In this document: piece by piece, positions 63,301-64,000 of the stretch | Layout: the number at the start of each line of letters is the position of its first letter | Numbering within the stretch: position 1 is the stretch's first letter | From: Takakia lepidozioides | Lineage: Eukaryota > Plantae > Bryophyta | Direction: 5' to 3' | Assembly: GCA_030704615.1 (NCBI GenBank) | Contig: CM060731.1 | Location: forward strand, 5,022,001-5,086,000 | Length of the DNA: 64,000 nt | Translations under genes and position numbers: made by a program | The notes under the pieces: model-generated | Database searches by the model: none | What the model was told of the DNA's origin: nothing | What the model saw: the letters and a program-made list of their open reading frames with translations, nothing else

Positions 63301-64000
63301 TTTTCCTGGATGGTTCCTTACTCAATTTTTTTATTTCCATCCTGTGATTTTGCTTCATTTCAGTAATAATTTGGCTTCATTCTTGAATGTCGTTGACGAC
63401 ATTCACTTCTATGTCTGTGTCATTTCTAATCGCTTATTTGCTTCACCTGGATTAGGATGTATTTACAGTGTCATGGAATGGAATGTTCTGAATGGCGTTG
63501 ACGACATTCATATCTGGAGCAGTAGTGTGGTCCTGAAAGGTCCTTGGAGCAGTTGTCAGAGCCATTTGTATCCATGTTTTATTCTTTCTGTTCTACTTGC
63601 ATCTTTCTCACTGAGCGCTTTTGTGGGTTGGGATTCATCTCCTTTTTTCAGGTACACGAAATATGTGCTTATGGAAGGAAATCACCTGAGCGGAATTCCC
63701 GACTATCTTGACATGTGGTCGGACCCTGCAAACGATCCAACCATGTATACTGCAGGGATATTGAAGGACTGGAGTCCTTCTCACTTCAGAGACTGTGGGT
63801 GGTACCTTGACTGCCCACCTGAGCACACGACCTTTCAAGAACAGCATATGAAATACTTGAACAATAACGCTGAGATGCTGGCGCCTTTGACTGACGAAGA
63901 GTATCAACGAAACATAGCAACCTTGGCTGCCAAGGAGCCTGATGCTCAGGGAACGCCGCAGAAGGGAAAGAAGGCGGGCCGCAAACCAAAAGATAAGGCT
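60385..64000 (+). pseudogene. ParB/MTase-like TE gene, copy 3 (close relative of copy 1; exons about 60385-60520, 60963-61591, 61685-61877, 61962-62398, 62482-62708, 63652 to window end)
   Basis: Open ParB-like exon (ORF 60957-61595) and a 1-nt deletion near 62127. Exon 6 reads YTKYVLMEG...MYTAGILKDWSPSHFRDCGWYLDCP and is homologous to copy 2. The 5' end is truncated within exon 1. Confidence 0.82.
62789..63510. repeat. Intronic array of 7 palindromes TGAATGTCGT-TG-ACGACATTCA
   Basis: Copies at 62789, 62910, 63021, 63116, 63223, 63384 and 63489, inside intron 62709-63651. Those at 62789, 63116 and 63384 are perfect; 63223 is a perfect variant with both arms changed. Confidence 0.95.

Noticed and set aside
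3781-64000. Bacterial contamination as the source of the ParB/MTase-like sequences
   Set aside because: The copies have conserved GT-AG introns, decay like plant TEs and are interleaved with plant nuclear genes.

Overview
Intron-rich, TE-dense nuclear DNA from a land plant, most likely a moss or other non-seed plant (inferred from the style of the PLS-DYW PPR protein). There are three host genes: a 9-exon A1-family aspartic protease (15006-25566, with an in-frame TGA at the start of exon 2), a PLS-E-DYW RNA-editing PPR gene with a frameshift inside the DYW domain (30310/30586-33068), and an intact 9-exon plastid uroporphyrinogen III synthase (UROS/HemD, 41786-46712). The main finding is a Mutator-like (MULE) DNA transposon family with a second, spliced gene. 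Pieced together from four decayed copies (3.8-7.8 kb, 36.8-37.7 kb, 57.1-60.4 kb, 60.4-64 kb), this gene encodes an N-terminal ParB/Sulfiredoxin-like domain (DGNHR) and a C-terminal beta-class N4C/N6A DNA-methyltransferase-like domain with non-canonical motifs. One intron of the gene holds a regularly spaced array of palindromes. Their core (CGT-TG-ACG) is shared, but the arms differ between subfamilies (TGAATGT... vs CAACATTG...), which suggests a parS-like or VANC-like self-recognition system. Other elements: a TTAA-flanked piggyBac-type MITE, an RLE-type non-LTR retrotransposon with a 14-bp TSD, L1-like and Ty3/gypsy RT fragments, a 1.4-kb foldback, and a decayed region with BED-like zinc-finger and Ulp1 remnants that is saturated with GTAACCC/GTCACCC motifs. 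All homology calls come from motif recognition by eye; no searches were run.
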